Below, in pieces: positions 18,506 to 27,764 of a stretch of DNA of 64,000 nucleotides; position 1 is the first letter of the stretch; each line of letters begins with the position of its first letter. The position numbers were made by a program, and so were the translations under genes. The DNA is from Bacteroidaceae bacterium (GTDB lineage: Bacteria; Bacteroidota; Bacteroidia; Bacteroidales; Bacteroidaceae): positions 48,511 to 112,510 of the forward strand of contig JAFSKR010000005.1 of assembly GCA_017448825.1 (NCBI GenBank), written 5' to 3'. Below the pieces are notes generated by a model that worked only from the letters and a program-made list of their open reading frames with translations, ran no database searches and was not told the origin of the DNA.

Positions 18506-20671
18506 TTACTCTTCGTTGAGAATCTTCATCACTTCGCAGCAAGAGTAAGCCACAGAGGTGCCAGGACCGAAGATGGCGGCAACACCAGCCTTGTAGAGGA
18601 AGTCGTAGTCCTGTGCAGGGATGACACCACCAGCGGTGATGAGGATGTCCTCACGGCCCAGCTTCTTCAGTTCTTCGATAACTTGTGGGATGAGGGTCTT
18701 ATGACCAGCGGCGAGAGAAGATACGCCGAGCACATCGACGTCGTTCTCGACAGCCTGGCGTGCTGCTTCGGCTGGTGTCTGGAAGAGAGGACCCATATCA
18801 ACGTCCATACCGCAGTCGGCATAGCCCGTTGCCACTACTTTCGCTCCACGGTCGTGACCATCCTGTCCCATCTTGGCTATCATGATGCGCGGACGGCGAC
18901 CATTTGCCTGAGCAAACTTCTCGGTTGCAGCGCAAGCCTCCTCAAAGGCCTTGTCGCTCTTGGATTCTGAACTGTACACGTTGCTAATTGTTCTGATGAT
19001 TGCTTTGTAACGACCCACAACAGCTTCGCAAGCGTCGGATATTTCCCCGAGCGTACAACGCAAACCCGCTGCCTTGACAGCGAGGTCGAGCAGGTTGTTT
19101 TCGCTCTTCTTGCCATCCTTGAACTCTTGCACACATTTTGTGATTTCGGCCAAGGCAGCTTGGCAAGCAGCCTCGTCGCGGTTGGCTTTGAGTTCCTTGA
19201 GGGCAGCCTCCTGTTGCAGACGAACAGCAGTGTTGTCGATTTCGAGGATGTCGATGGGGTCTTCATGGTCGAGACGGTACTTGTTGGTTCCAATGATGGT
19301 CTGTGTACCTGAATCGATGCGTGCCTGTGTGCGTGCAGCAGCTTCCTCGATGCGCATCTTGGGCAGACCTGTCTCGATAGCTTTTGCCATACCGCCAAGC
19401 TTCTCGATTTCCTGAATGTGTTCCCATGCCTTGTGGACGAGCTCGTTGGTCAGGGTCTCCACGTAGTAAGAACCTGCCCAAGGGTCAATCTGCTTGCAGA
19501 CCTTGGTCTCGTTCTGGATGTAAATCTGGGTGTTACGGGCAATACGAGCCGAGAAGTCGGTAGGCAGGGCGATAGCCTCGTCGAGTGCGTTGGTGTGGAG
19601 TGACTGGGTGTGACCCAGCACGGCTGCCATAGCTTCGATACAGGTACGACCCACGTTGTTGAAGGGATCCTGTTCGGTGAGTGACCAGCCAGATGTCTGA
19701 GAGTGGGTGCGGAGTGCAAGCGACTTGGGGTTTTTGGCACCGAAGCTCTTCACAATCTTTGCCCACAACAGACGACCTGCACGCATCTTGGCTATCTCCA
19801 TGAAGTGGTTCATGCCGATTGCCCAGAAGAACGAGAGGCGAGGAGCGAAGGCATCCACGTCGATACCTGCGTCCACACCAGTGCGGAGGTAGTCCATACC
19901 GTCGGCAAGGGTGTAAGCCAACTCGATGTCGGCAGTGGCACCAGCTTCTTGCATGTGATAACCAGAGATGGAGATGCTGTTGAACTTCGGCATCTTCTGT
20001 GAAGTGTATTCGAAGATGTCGGCGATAATCTTCATGGAGAATGCAGGTGGATAGATATACGTGTTACGCACCATGAACTCCTTGAGGATGTCGTTCTGGA
20101 TGGTACCAGCCATCTCCTCGAGCTTGGCGCCCTGTTCCAGGCCCGCGTTAATGTAGAAGGCGAGCACAGGGAGCACACCGCCATTCATGGTCATGGACAC
20201 GGACATCTTGTTCAATGGGATGCCAGCGAAGAGCACCTTCATGTTCTCCAGTGAGCAGATAGAAACACCTGCCTTGCCCACGTCACCCACCACACGGGCG
20301 TTGTCGGGGTCGTAGCCACGGTGAGTGGGGAGGTCGAATGCCACCGAGAGCCCCTTCTGGCCAGAGGCGAGGTTACGACGATAGAAAGCGTTGGACTCCT
20401 CTGCCGTGGAGAAACCTGCGTACTGGCGGATGGTCCAAGGACGGAAGGGGTACATCATCGAGTAAGGGCCACGAAGGTAGGGAGGAATGCCGGCAGTGAA
20501 GTCCAGGTGCTCCATGCCTTCGAGGTCTTCCTTGGTGTAAACGGGTTGAATGTCAATCTGCTCTGGAGTACGCCAGTTTGCGCTGATGCCATTCTCTTTC
20601 TGCCACTGCTGGCCATTCTTCTCTTGAATGCCAGCGTAAATGTCTATATTGTTGAAATTCTTGCGTGCCAT
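18506..20671 (-). CDS. mutB: methylmalonyl-CoA mutase large (alpha, B12-binding) subunit
   Basis: 721 aa: MCM TIM-barrel region plus a C-terminal cobalamin-binding domain ([13 protein letters not shown]). Confidence 0.95.
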   Translation of the reverse strand: MARKNFNNIDIYAGIQEKNGQQWQKENGISANWRTPEQIDIQPVYTKEDLEGMEHLDFTAGIPPYLRGPYSMMYPFRPWTIRQYAGFSTAEESNAFYRRNLASGQKGLSVAFDLPTHRGYDPDNARVVGDVGKAGVSICSLENMKVLFAGIPLNKMSVSMTMNGGVLPVLAFYINAGLEQGAKLEEMAGTIQNDILKEFMVRNTYIYPPAFSMKIIADIFEYTSQKMPKFNSISISGYHMQEAGATADIELAYTLADGMDYLRTGVDAGIDVDAFAPRLSFFWAIGMNHFMEIAKMRAGRLLWAKIVKSFGAKNPKSLALRTHSQTSGWSLTEQDPFNNVGRTCIEAMAAVLGHTQSLHTNALDEAIALPTDFSARIARNTQIYIQNETKVCKQIDPWAGSYYVETLTNELVHKAWEHIQEIEKLGGMAKAIETGLPKMRIEEAAARTQARIDSGTQTIIGTNKYRLDHEDPIDILEIDNTAVRLQQEAALKELKANRDEAACQAALAEITKCVQEFKDGKKSENNLLDLAVKAAGLRCTLGEISDACEAVVGRYKAIIRTISNVYSSESKSDKAFEEACAATEKFAQANGRRPRIMIAKMGQDGHDRGAKVVATGYADCGMDVDMGPLFQTPAEAARQAVENDVDVLGVSSLAAGHKTLIPQVIEELKKLGREDILITAGGVIPAQDYDFLYKAGVAAIFGPGTSVAYSCCEVMKILNEE

Positions 20672-20673
20672 AA

Positions 20674-22521
20674 TTAGATTCCGAGTTTAGCATTGTACGC
20701 CTTGAGCGTTTCAAGCTGGTTAGACTTAACATGGATGAAATTCTCGATGCCAGCAGCCTTGAGGTCTTCGGAGCAAGCAGGAGCACCTGCCACCACATAC
20801 ATGGCGCGACCATTGAGATACTGGAATGCTGGGATAGCATACTCTGCATACTCATCATCGGAAGAGCAGATGACCACGATGTCAGCACCTGCTGCCAGAG
20901 CAGCATCAACACCTTCTTCTACTGTCTTAAAGCCGAGGTTGTCCATCACCTTGTAACCTGCTGCAGCAAGGAAGTTGCAAGAGAACTGCGCACGTGCCTG
21001 GCGCATGGCGAGGTTACCGATGGTGAGCATGAAGGCGATAGGCTGCTTGGCTGCTTTCTCAGTGGAGAGGCGCAAGGTCTCAAATTCGGAAGCCAGACGT
21101 TCCTTGTTGAGGGTTGGCAGTTCTCCGTCCTCGTGGCAAGAGCAGCAGCACTGCATAGGAGCCTTGCCGTCAGATGTCTCGGTGAAGTTGGGGAACTGAT
21201 TCGTTCCAAGGATGAACTCCTTGCGTTTGGCAGCATCGGCATGACGCTTGTCATTCGATGCGTTGATGGCATTCTGGATGTTGCCCTTGAGTGCTTCAGC
21301 GAGGAAACCGCCAGCGTTCTCTACTTCAAGGAAGAGTTTCCAACCTTCCTTGGCGATGGCATCGGTCAGATGCTCGATGGTGTAAGAACCTCCAGCCACA
21401 TCGACGAGTTTGTCGAAATGTGCCTCTTCCTTCAGCAGTAATTGCTGGTTGCGGGCGATACGTTCTGCAAAATCTGATGGAACCTCGTAAGGCTTGTCGA
21501 ATGGAGTTACGACGATGGAATCCACGTTTGCGATAGCAGCTGACATGGCTTCAGTTTGCGAACGGAGCAAGTTTACGTAAGAGTCGAACAATGTTTGGTT
21601 GTACTCTGAAGTATATGCGCATACATGCATCTGACAAGCACAGTCGCACTTCGGCTCGTAAGCCTTGACAATTTGTGCCCACAGCATACGGGCAGCGCGG
21701 AATTTGGCAATCTCCATGAAGTAGTTCTCGCTCACACCCATGTTGAACTTGATGCGCTTAGCAGCTTCGGTGGCATCCACGCCAGCCTCAGTGAGGATGT
21801 TCAGATACTCAGCACCCCAAGCAAGGGCATAACCTAGTTCCTGATAGATGTAAGCACCCGCGTTGTTGACAGCCACGGTGTTTACGTTGATACACTTGTA
21901 TGCTGGCAATTCAGCCAATGCCTCGATAAGTGGTTTGGCGAATGCGAGCACTGGAGACACATCTTTGCCCTTGCATAGCACCTTGCTGATGGGGTCGAAG
22001 TTGATGCTTCCCTTCAGCTCCGCCAGTGGATAGCCCTTCTCCTTGAAATACTCGACAAGTACTTGTGCCAATTCCACACAATGGCGCTGGCAAGTCTTGA
22101 AGTTCAGTTCCACATATTGTGGCAGGATGCCGTCAAGCAGGGAAGCGATGAACTCCTTGCTCACGCTCTTGCCTGGAATCTTGAAACCGAGCGAATCAAC
22201 ACCTTTGTTCAGAATGTCCAGTGCCTTTGCGTTGGCAGCCTTCGCATCCTCTGCGTTGATGTCCTGACGTACGAACCAGAGATTGTTGTCTTTTTTGTTG
22301 CCACGGATAAACGGAAACTCTCCGGGGAGAGAATCGACAGCCTTGAGGTCAGCCAAGTCCTCACGGCGATAGAAAGGCTGCACGTTGAAGCCTTCGTTGG
22401 TTCTCCAAACCAATCTCTTCTGGAAGTCTGCACCCTTCAGGTCAACCTGAATCTTGTCCAACCATTCCTGTGTGGTTGGGGCTTGAAACTCCGAGAAGAG
22501 TTTTTCCTTGTTGTTAGCCAT
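20674..22521 (-). CDS. mutA: methylmalonyl-CoA mutase small (beta) subunit
   Basis: 615-aa MCM-like protein lacking the DxHxxG motif; lies 2 nt upstream of mutB. Confidence 0.9.
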   Translation of the reverse strand: MANNKEKLFSEFQAPTTQEWLDKIQVDLKGADFQKRLVWRTNEGFNVQPFYRREDLADLKAVDSLPGEFPFIRGNKKDNNLWFVRQDINAEDAKAANAKALDILNKGVDSLGFKIPGKSVSKEFIASLLDGILPQYVELNFKTCQRHCVELAQVLVEYFKEKGYPLAELKGSINFDPISKVLCKGKDVSPVLAFAKPLIEALAELPAYKCINVNTVAVNNAGAYIYQELGYALAWGAEYLNILTEAGVDATEAAKRIKFNMGVSENYFMEIAKFRAARMLWAQIVKAYEPKCDCACQMHVCAYTSEYNQTLFDSYVNLLRSQTEAMSAAIANVDSIVVTPFDKPYEVPSDFAERIARNQQLLLKEEAHFDKLVDVAGGSYTIEHLTDAIAKEGWKLFLEVENAGGFLAEALKGNIQNAINASNDKRHADAAKRKEFILGTNQFPNFTETSDGKAPMQCCCSCHEDGELPTLNKERLASEFETLRLSTEKAAKQPIAFMLTIGNLAMRQARAQFSCNFLAAAGYKVMDNLGFKTVEEGVDAALAAGADIVVICSSDDEYAEYAIPAFQYLNGRAMYVVAGAPACSEDLKAAGIENFIHVKSNQLETLKAYNAKLGI

Positions 22522-22596
22522 AAAATAAAAATTAAAGTTATCGTTGGTGTTTTTACATTAAAACATATAAATATTGTAGGTACACGAAATAACTCA

Positions 22597-22604
22597 CAAA
22601 GGTA
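22597..22604 (-). promoter_or_regulatory. putative -7 box for mutAB
   Basis: Minus strand reads TACCTTTG, 76 nt upstream of ATG 22521. Confidence 0.5.
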
Positions 22605-22735
22605 CATATTTTTTCCCCACACCACCAAGAAAAAAAAGGAAAAAAATCAAAAATACCCTTACGCATCGTATTCCACCCGTATTTTAGCAAACTTGAGTTG
22701 ATAACAACTCGAGTCTTGCCTTATATGGGTTTGGG

Positions 22736-25030
22736 TTAAAATGGTAATCCCACAGCAAAGTGGAAGGCAAAGTCGCGACTGAAGTCGTGGTGGGTGATGG
22801 GGTAGTGGTCACGACCCGTGTAGGCTGGGTCAATGGCTTTCATACCAGCATCGAAGCGGACAATGAAGAAGTTTGCGTCCATGCGGAGACCTATGCCATA
22901 GCTGACGGCAATTTGTTCGTGGAATTTGTCGAGACGGAACTCGCCATCGGGTTGGTCTTGGTATTTGCGGATCGTCCAGATGTTACCTGCATCGACAAAT
23001 GCTGCACCGCTGAACTTCCAGAAGAGCTGGGCACGGTATTCGATACTGAGGTCGAGTTTGATGTCACCGCATTGGTTGAGGAAGTTGATGCCTTTGTCCT
23101 TACCGTTGTAGGCTCCAGGCCCCAGTGAACGTACTGACCATCCGCGCACGCTGTTGGCACCACCGCCGAAATAGCGTTTCTCGAAAGGTAACTGGTTAGA
23201 GTTCCCGTAAGGATAGGCGATGCCCAAGGCTCCGTGGAATGCCACCGAGTTGTTCTTGTCGATACGGAAACTCTTTGAATAGTCGAAGTCGCCACGCACA
23301 TACTGTGCGAAGGCGATGTCGCAGAATTTATATTGTCCAGCGTAGTTTTTGCTGGCTTTAGTTATCTGTGAGTAGGCATTGAGTACATTGCCTGAGGTTT
23401 CGATGTTGAAACGGATGGTGTAGGCGTTCTTGCCGTAGGTTTGTTCGCGGGCACCCAGCGAGTTGTAGGAGTAGGTATAACCGAGTTTTGTGATGAGCAG
23501 GTTTTCGTAATTATAGCGCAGAATAGCGTTTGTCCTACCTAACGAGTCAAGATATTGCTCCTTGAAGGTGCGTGAAATCCACGGCATATAAACGTAGTTC
23601 ACCTCCAATAGGTCGAAACGGTTCTGAACACGTTGGTTGCGGCTGTTCCATTTGTATCGCCATGCGGCAGTGAGCACTCGACGTTGGAACTCTGGGCGGT
23701 TCTGCATATTGTATTGTAGAGAGATTTCAGATGATGCGTTGTGTTCAGTGCCCCATTCACGTTTCACGTAGGGTAGCAGAAAAGCAGGGAATCCTAACGT
23801 TGCTTCGGCTCCCAGTTCCACGTAGTTGTTGCCTTCGTAGCCTTCCAATCCTGTGATGGCTTCGTAAGCACCACGTATCTTGAACATGAACGATTCGGAA
23901 CCTCGGAATAAGTTCTTGTTCTGATAAGAGGTGGAGATTGCCGCTCCGAGATCACCAGCCGAGTTGGTTGCCTCTACATCAAAACCGAAGGAGTGAGGCT
24001 TTGCGTGGTTGACGATGATGTTACAGTCGAGAGTGTCGGTACCAGGTCGTTCTGTCAGGTTGATGTTGGAGAACGAAATGGCGGACAGACGGGTGTAGTT
24101 GGTATAGGTGCGACGAAAGTGGGTGTCGTTGTAGGGCTCTCCTGGACGTATCATGGAGTGACTGATGAGTAGTCGTTTCCGAAAGTGTGGACGTTCTTGG
24201 CTAATGAAGTTGTAGCCTCCACGCCGGAGTGTGTCTGTTGGTGTTTGGAGTATCGTTACGTCGGTGAGGAAGTTGACGTTGCCAATGGTGTATGGCTTAT
24301 GTTCTGTTGCCTCGGTACGTCCATCTTCTTGATGCAGTTTGACGTTGAGCAGCACATCCACTTCGGTGGAGTTGTGGGCGGTGTCTGCACTGAAACGGAT
24401 GTCCTCCTTCGTGAATTTGTAATAGCCGTGGTTGCGAAGATAGGAGGTGATGCGGTTGCGCTCGCCGTTCAGTGTGTTTACGTCGAAAGGCCTGCCTTTC
24501 TTTAGCAGTGAGTTGATGGTGTCTTCCACCGTGAGGTAATGGCGCAATCCCTTGTCTTCCACGATACGGTGAATGTGACGGATGGTGTAGCGTTCGTTGG
24601 GATGTACGTTGTAGAGCACTTTGATTTTCTTGCCTTTCTCCATCTTGAACTCCTCCACTTCAGCTTTCATGTAGCCTGCGTTGCCTAACACTTGACGGAT
24701 GTCGCTCATGGTCTTCCTTGCCTTCACGCTGTCGTAGAGCACGGGGGCTTCACCCAGTTTCCTCCAAAAGCGGCACGAACGTTTGGTGGTGTCTGTACCT
24801 GAAAGGGTGTAAATCTTCAGTGGAACGCGGGCTCCGAACCATTTTGAGTTTGTCTGCAAGGTCACATAATCGTCTAACATGTAGGTTTTTTGTACATCTT
24901 CGTCATCGCACGTCACTGCCACTCCTGTCAGCATGTGTTCTCCCTCGGGAATGTATTTATCTACCGAACAGGACAGAATTGTCATATTCAGTAATGATAA
25001 TGATATAATATATGTATGACGTGATTTCAC
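22736..25030 (-). CDS. BamA/TamA-family (Omp85, surface antigen D15) outer-membrane protein
   Basis: 764 aa: POTRA-like N-terminal repeats, a C-terminal 16-strand barrel region, and a terminal aromatic (..FAVGLPF). The start is GTG at 25030 (signal/lipobox MKSRHTYIISLSLLNMTILSC). The first ATG at 24985 would remove the signal. Confidence 0.85.
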   Translation of the reverse strand: MKSRHTYIISLSLLNMTILSCSVDKYIPEGEHMLTGVAVTCDDEDVQKTYMLDDYVTLQTNSKWFGARVPLKIYTLSGTDTTKRSCRFWRKLGEAPVLYDSVKARKTMSDIRQVLGNAGYMKAEVEEFKMEKGKKIKVLYNVHPNERYTIRHIHRIVEDKGLRHYLTVEDTINSLLKKGRPFDVNTLNGERNRITSYLRNHGYYKFTKEDIRFSADTAHNSTEVDVLLNVKLHQEDGRTEATEHKPYTIGNVNFLTDVTILQTPTDTLRRGGYNFISQERPHFRKRLLISHSMIRPGEPYNDTHFRRTYTNYTRLSAISFSNINLTERPGTDTLDCNIIVNHAKPHSFGFDVEATNSAGDLGAAISTSYQNKNLFRGSESFMFKIRGAYEAITGLEGYEGNNYVELGAEATLGFPAFLLPYVKREWGTEHNASSEISLQYNMQNRPEFQRRVLTAAWRYKWNSRNQRVQNRFDLLEVNYVYMPWISRTFKEQYLDSLGRTNAILRYNYENLLITKLGYTYSYNSLGAREQTYGKNAYTIRFNIETSGNVLNAYSQITKASKNYAGQYKFCDIAFAQYVRGDFDYSKSFRIDKNNSVAFHGALGIAYPYGNSNQLPFEKRYFGGGANSVRGWSVRSLGPGAYNGKDKGINFLNQCGDIKLDLSIEYRAQLFWKFSGAAFVDAGNIWTIRKYQDQPDGEFRLDKFHEQIAVSYGIGLRMDANFFIVRFDAGMKAIDPAYTGRDHYPITHHDFSRDFAFHFAVGLPF

Positions 25031-25052
25031 TTGGAAATGGCAAATTTGTGTG

Positions 25053-25060
25053 CAAAGGTA
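25053..25060 (-). promoter_or_regulatory. putative -7 box for the Omp85-family gene
   Basis: Minus strand reads TACCTTTG, 23 nt upstream of GTG 25030. Confidence 0.5.
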
Positions 25061-25071
25061 AAGATTCTGAA

Positions 25072-25174
25072 CTAAAAACTAAAAACTAAAAACTAAAAGT
25101 TGAAGTAACGTTCTCTTTTTTGTGTTCAAAACATACTTTAATGGATAGTTGTTAGTTTTTAGTTTTTAGTTTTT
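25072..25174. repeat. inverted repeat of tandem heptamers (CTAAAAA)x3-4 ... (TAGTTTT)x3 in a divergent promoter region
   Basis: Left arm 25072-25099 and right arm 25152-25174, with a ~52-bp spacer. Each arm abuts one of the two divergent -7 boxes. Confidence 0.85.
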
Positions 25175-25175
25175 G

Positions 25176-25183
25176 TACCTTTG
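25176..25183 (+). promoter_or_regulatory. putative -7 box for the TrmH-family gene
   Basis: TACCTTTG 19 nt upstream of ATG 25202. Confidence 0.5.
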
Positions 25184-25201
25184 TCCCCAAATCCGAGAAT
25201 A

Positions 25202-25972
25202 ATGATTAGCAAGAATAAAATGAAGTATGTACGTTCGCTGGAGATGAAGAAGTATCGGAAGGCCGAAGGCGTGTTTGTGGCAGAGGGCCACAAATTGGTG
25301 GACGATTTGCGGGATGTCTTTGAATGCACTTATCTTGTTGCCACCTCAAAGTGGTTCATGGAACATGATGGGTGGGTCAGTGTGTTGAGGTCGAGTGGAG
25401 TGGAAGTGGATGAAGTGACGGACGATGAGTTGCGGAGGGTTAGTTTTCAGGAAACTCCGCAGCAAGTGTTGGCGGTGTTTAAGCAGCGGACTGATGAGGT
25501 GGATATCCATGAAGAGGCGAAGAGAAATCTATGTCTGGTGTTGGACGATGTGCAGAACCCTGGTAATCTTGGCACCATTGTGAGACTGGCAGACTGGTTC
25601 GGTATCGAGCACATCTTCTGTTCGAAGGGATGCGCAGACATCTATAATCCGAAAACGGTGCAGGCTACGATGGGGGCAATGGCAAGAGTGCAGGTGCATT
25701 ATGAAGATTTGCCTGCGTTGCTTGCTTCGTTAGAGGATGGCATTCCCGTGTATGGAACTTCCCTTGAGGGTGATATTCTGTATGGCAAGAAATTGGAGAA
25801 ATATGGACTGATTGTGATGGGAAATGAAGGGAACGGTGTGTCTAAGGAGGTGGAAATGTTTGTGACCGAAAAACTTTATATTCCTCCTTATCCCGAAGGT
25901 CGTAAAACGTCAGAGTCGCTGAATGTTGCTATCGCTACGGGTATTGTATGTGCAGAGTTCCGCAAGAGATAG
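25202..25972 (+). CDS. TrmH/SpoU-family RNA 2'-O-methyltransferase
   Basis: Track ORF 25181.. begins with TTG inside the -7 box, so it was trimmed to ATG 25202. SpoU motifs are present (LDDVQNPGNLGTIVRLADWFG, IVMGNEGNGVS, SLNVAIATGI). Confidence 0.85.
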   Translation: MISKNKMKYVRSLEMKKYRKAEGVFVAEGHKLVDDLRDVFECTYLVATSKWFMEHDGWVSVLRSSGVEVDEVTDDELRRVSFQETPQQVLAVFKQRTDEVDIHEEAKRNLCLVLDDVQNPGNLGTIVRLADWFGIEHIFCSKGCADIYNPKTVQATMGAMARVQVHYEDLPALLASLEDGIPVYGTSLEGDILYGKKLEKYGLIVMGNEGNGVSKEVEMFVTEKLYIPPYPEGRKTSESLNVAIATGIVCAEFRKR

Positions 25973-26155
25973 GACTTGCGGTGTATGATATGCTTCTCTG
26001 CCTTGAATGATGATGGTGCCACCTAACCATTCTGTCATGGGCAGCTCGCCCTGAAGAGGGTAGTGGTTGACAAGAAAATGATCAAGGAGTTCCACAACGT
26101 GATTGTGGAACTCCTTGTCGTTGATATATACTTTTGATGCTGCAACTCTTCGCAT
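25910..26155 (-). CDS. small hypothetical protein (81 aa)
   Basis: The ORF begins 3 nt downstream of the DUF4296 gene stop, in the same orientation. Its last 63 nt overlap the convergent methyltransferase 3' end. No family was recognised. Confidence 0.3.
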   Translation of the reverse strand: MRRVAASKVYINDKEFHNHVVELLDHFLVNHYPLQGELPMTEWLGGTIIIQGREAYHTPQVLSLAELCTYNTRSDSNIQRL

Positions 26156-26157
26156 GA

Positions 26158-27141
26158 TTATTTTTTCTGTTGAGGTGAAGGAGCTGTAGTATTGGTGCGT
26201 CTCTTTGGACCCATTTTGTTTGGGGTACGGACAGAGGGCGCTGTTTGTATCTTGATTTGTTCCTTCGAACGGTTCTGTTGGCGAATCTCTTCTGGGGTTA
26301 AACGTCGCTCTGTTGGTTTAGGCAGAGTATCTGCTTCTACAGAGTCTGTGGCAAGAGTGTCGGCTTTCTCAACAACTTCTGTCTCCTTCTCATGCATACG
26401 GACAAGCGAAATGTCATCAATGAGACAGATGTTACGTACGTTGGCTTTACCTTGATAGTAGAAGAATCCTGTAATCTGCTTGATGTCTTCTTCATCGGCT
26501 GCTTTGAGGGTAAGTTGCTGACGCCCATTAAAAGCAATTTGACGTGAGGTGCCGATGTGTTTTCCGCTGGCATAGAGAATGCTCAAGCCAACGCTAAGGC
26601 TCGTATTGCGGTCTTCGTTGGATTCTTTCATGAAAACAGGAACGAATGTGAAGATGAACTGATCGTGATGGCGGAAACTGCTGTCTGCATGGATGGTAAA
26701 GCTTTCCTTGTTGAGGATGTCTTTGTGTCTTAGGACGATGAGATTTGCAGCGTTCCATAGATTGGTCGTATCACCTCCTTCAGCGTATATCGCCATCATG
26801 TCGTTGTTGCCATTCACGAGTTGTATTTCTTCGTTGGCACCGTCATACCGTTCTTTCAGATTGGTGTAAATTTTATGAAGGTCTTTGGTGTGCCGATTGT
26901 AATAGATGGCGGATGAGTCAAATTGTGCCTCAGTGATTCCATGCTTGGCAAACACAGCCTCCAGATAACTTTGTGCCTTTTCCTGCCGCTCGTCTGCTGG
27001 CAATTGGTCAATAAGACCCTGCATCAGGTGGTAGTCGTATAGCACATCTTCCATCTTTCCGCGTGACAGCACATCTTTGGGACGGTTGTCACACGCAAAG
27101 AGAGAAAAGATGAGTGGAACCAGCAGAAGGGCTTTTTTCAT
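26158..27141 (-). CDS. DUF4296-type lipoprotein
   Basis: 327 aa with lipobox LIFSLFAC. Its ATGA overlaps the lspA stop, and the position downstream of lspA is typical for this family in Bacteroidales. Confidence 0.65.
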   Translation of the reverse strand: MKKALLLVPLIFSLFACDNRPKDVLSRGKMEDVLYDYHLMQGLIDQLPADERQEKAQSYLEAVFAKHGITEAQFDSSAIYYNRHTKDLHKIYTNLKERYDGANEEIQLVNGNNDMMAIYAEGGDTTNLWNAANLIVLRHKDILNKESFTIHADSSFRHHDQFIFTFVPVFMKESNEDRNTSLSVGLSILYASGKHIGTSRQIAFNGRQQLTLKAADEEDIKQITGFFYYQGKANVRNICLIDDISLVRMHEKETEVVEKADTLATDSVEADTLPKPTERRLTPEEIRQQNRSKEQIKIQTAPSVRTPNKMGPKRRTNTTAPSPQQKK

Positions 27142-27758
27142 GACTGAATCTTTATCTGGCTAATAATTTTGTGATAGAACAGTAGCAAGGCGATGATGCC
27201 ACACGAAATGGCTGCATCGGCAAAGTTGAAGATGGGGGAGAAGAACACGCAGTGCTGACCTGTGTAGATGGGCATCCAGTCGGGCATATCCCATTCTATC
27301 AGCGGGAAGTAGAACATATCGACCACCTTGCCATAGAGGAAGTCGCCGTACCCGTATCCCCAAGGTTGAAAATCTGCCACCTGAGGGTAGGGAGGAGTGT
27401 TGAAAATAAGCCCATAGAAGAGGCAGTCGATGATGTTTCCAGCAGCACCTGCTGCAATTAGGGTAAGACAAACGATATAACCCGTTGGCTTTCGGCTTTT
27501 TATTTCCCTGTAGATAAACCAACCGATGAGGCAGATGGCAACGATACGAAACAGGGTGAGAATGAGTTTCCCTCCCCATAGCTCCCAACCAAATGCCATG
27601 CCATTATTCTCCACAAACAGAAGGCTGAACCAACTGGTGATTTCAATGCGTTCACCCAGATACATGCCAGTCTTGACACTGACCTTGATGATTTGGTCAA
27701 TGACAAGAATGGCAAGAAAGAGGGTGATGGAAAGGATATGCTTGTTCTTTCTGGTCAT
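27138..27758 (-). CDS. lspA: lipoprotein signal peptidase II
   Basis: 206 aa with four TM segments and LspA motifs (FVENNGMAFG, FNFADAAI). Confidence 0.92.
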   Translation of the reverse strand: MTRKNKHILSITLFLAILVIDQIIKVSVKTGMYLGERIEITSWFSLLFVENNGMAFGWELWGGKLILTLFRIVAICLIGWFIYREIKSRKPTGYIVCLTLIAAGAAGNIIDCLFYGLIFNTPPYPQVADFQPWGYGYGDFLYGKVVDMFYFPLIEWDMPDWMPIYTGQHCVFFSPIFNFADAAISCGIIALLLFYHKIISQIKIQS

Positions 27759-27764
27759 CTGTAT

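Noticed and set aside
22522-22604. Cobalamin riboswitch in the mutA leader
   Set aside because: The leader from the predicted -7 box to the ATG is only ~76 nt and A/T-rich. That is too short for a B12 aptamer, and no B12-box-like sequence was seen.
25072-25174. Possible invertible (phase-variable) promoter flanked by inverted repeats
   Set aside because: The ~52-bp spacer is far shorter than known Bacteroidales invertible promoters. Both -7 boxes lie outside the repeats, and no recombinase gene is nearby. Symmetric divergent-promoter architecture explains it more simply.
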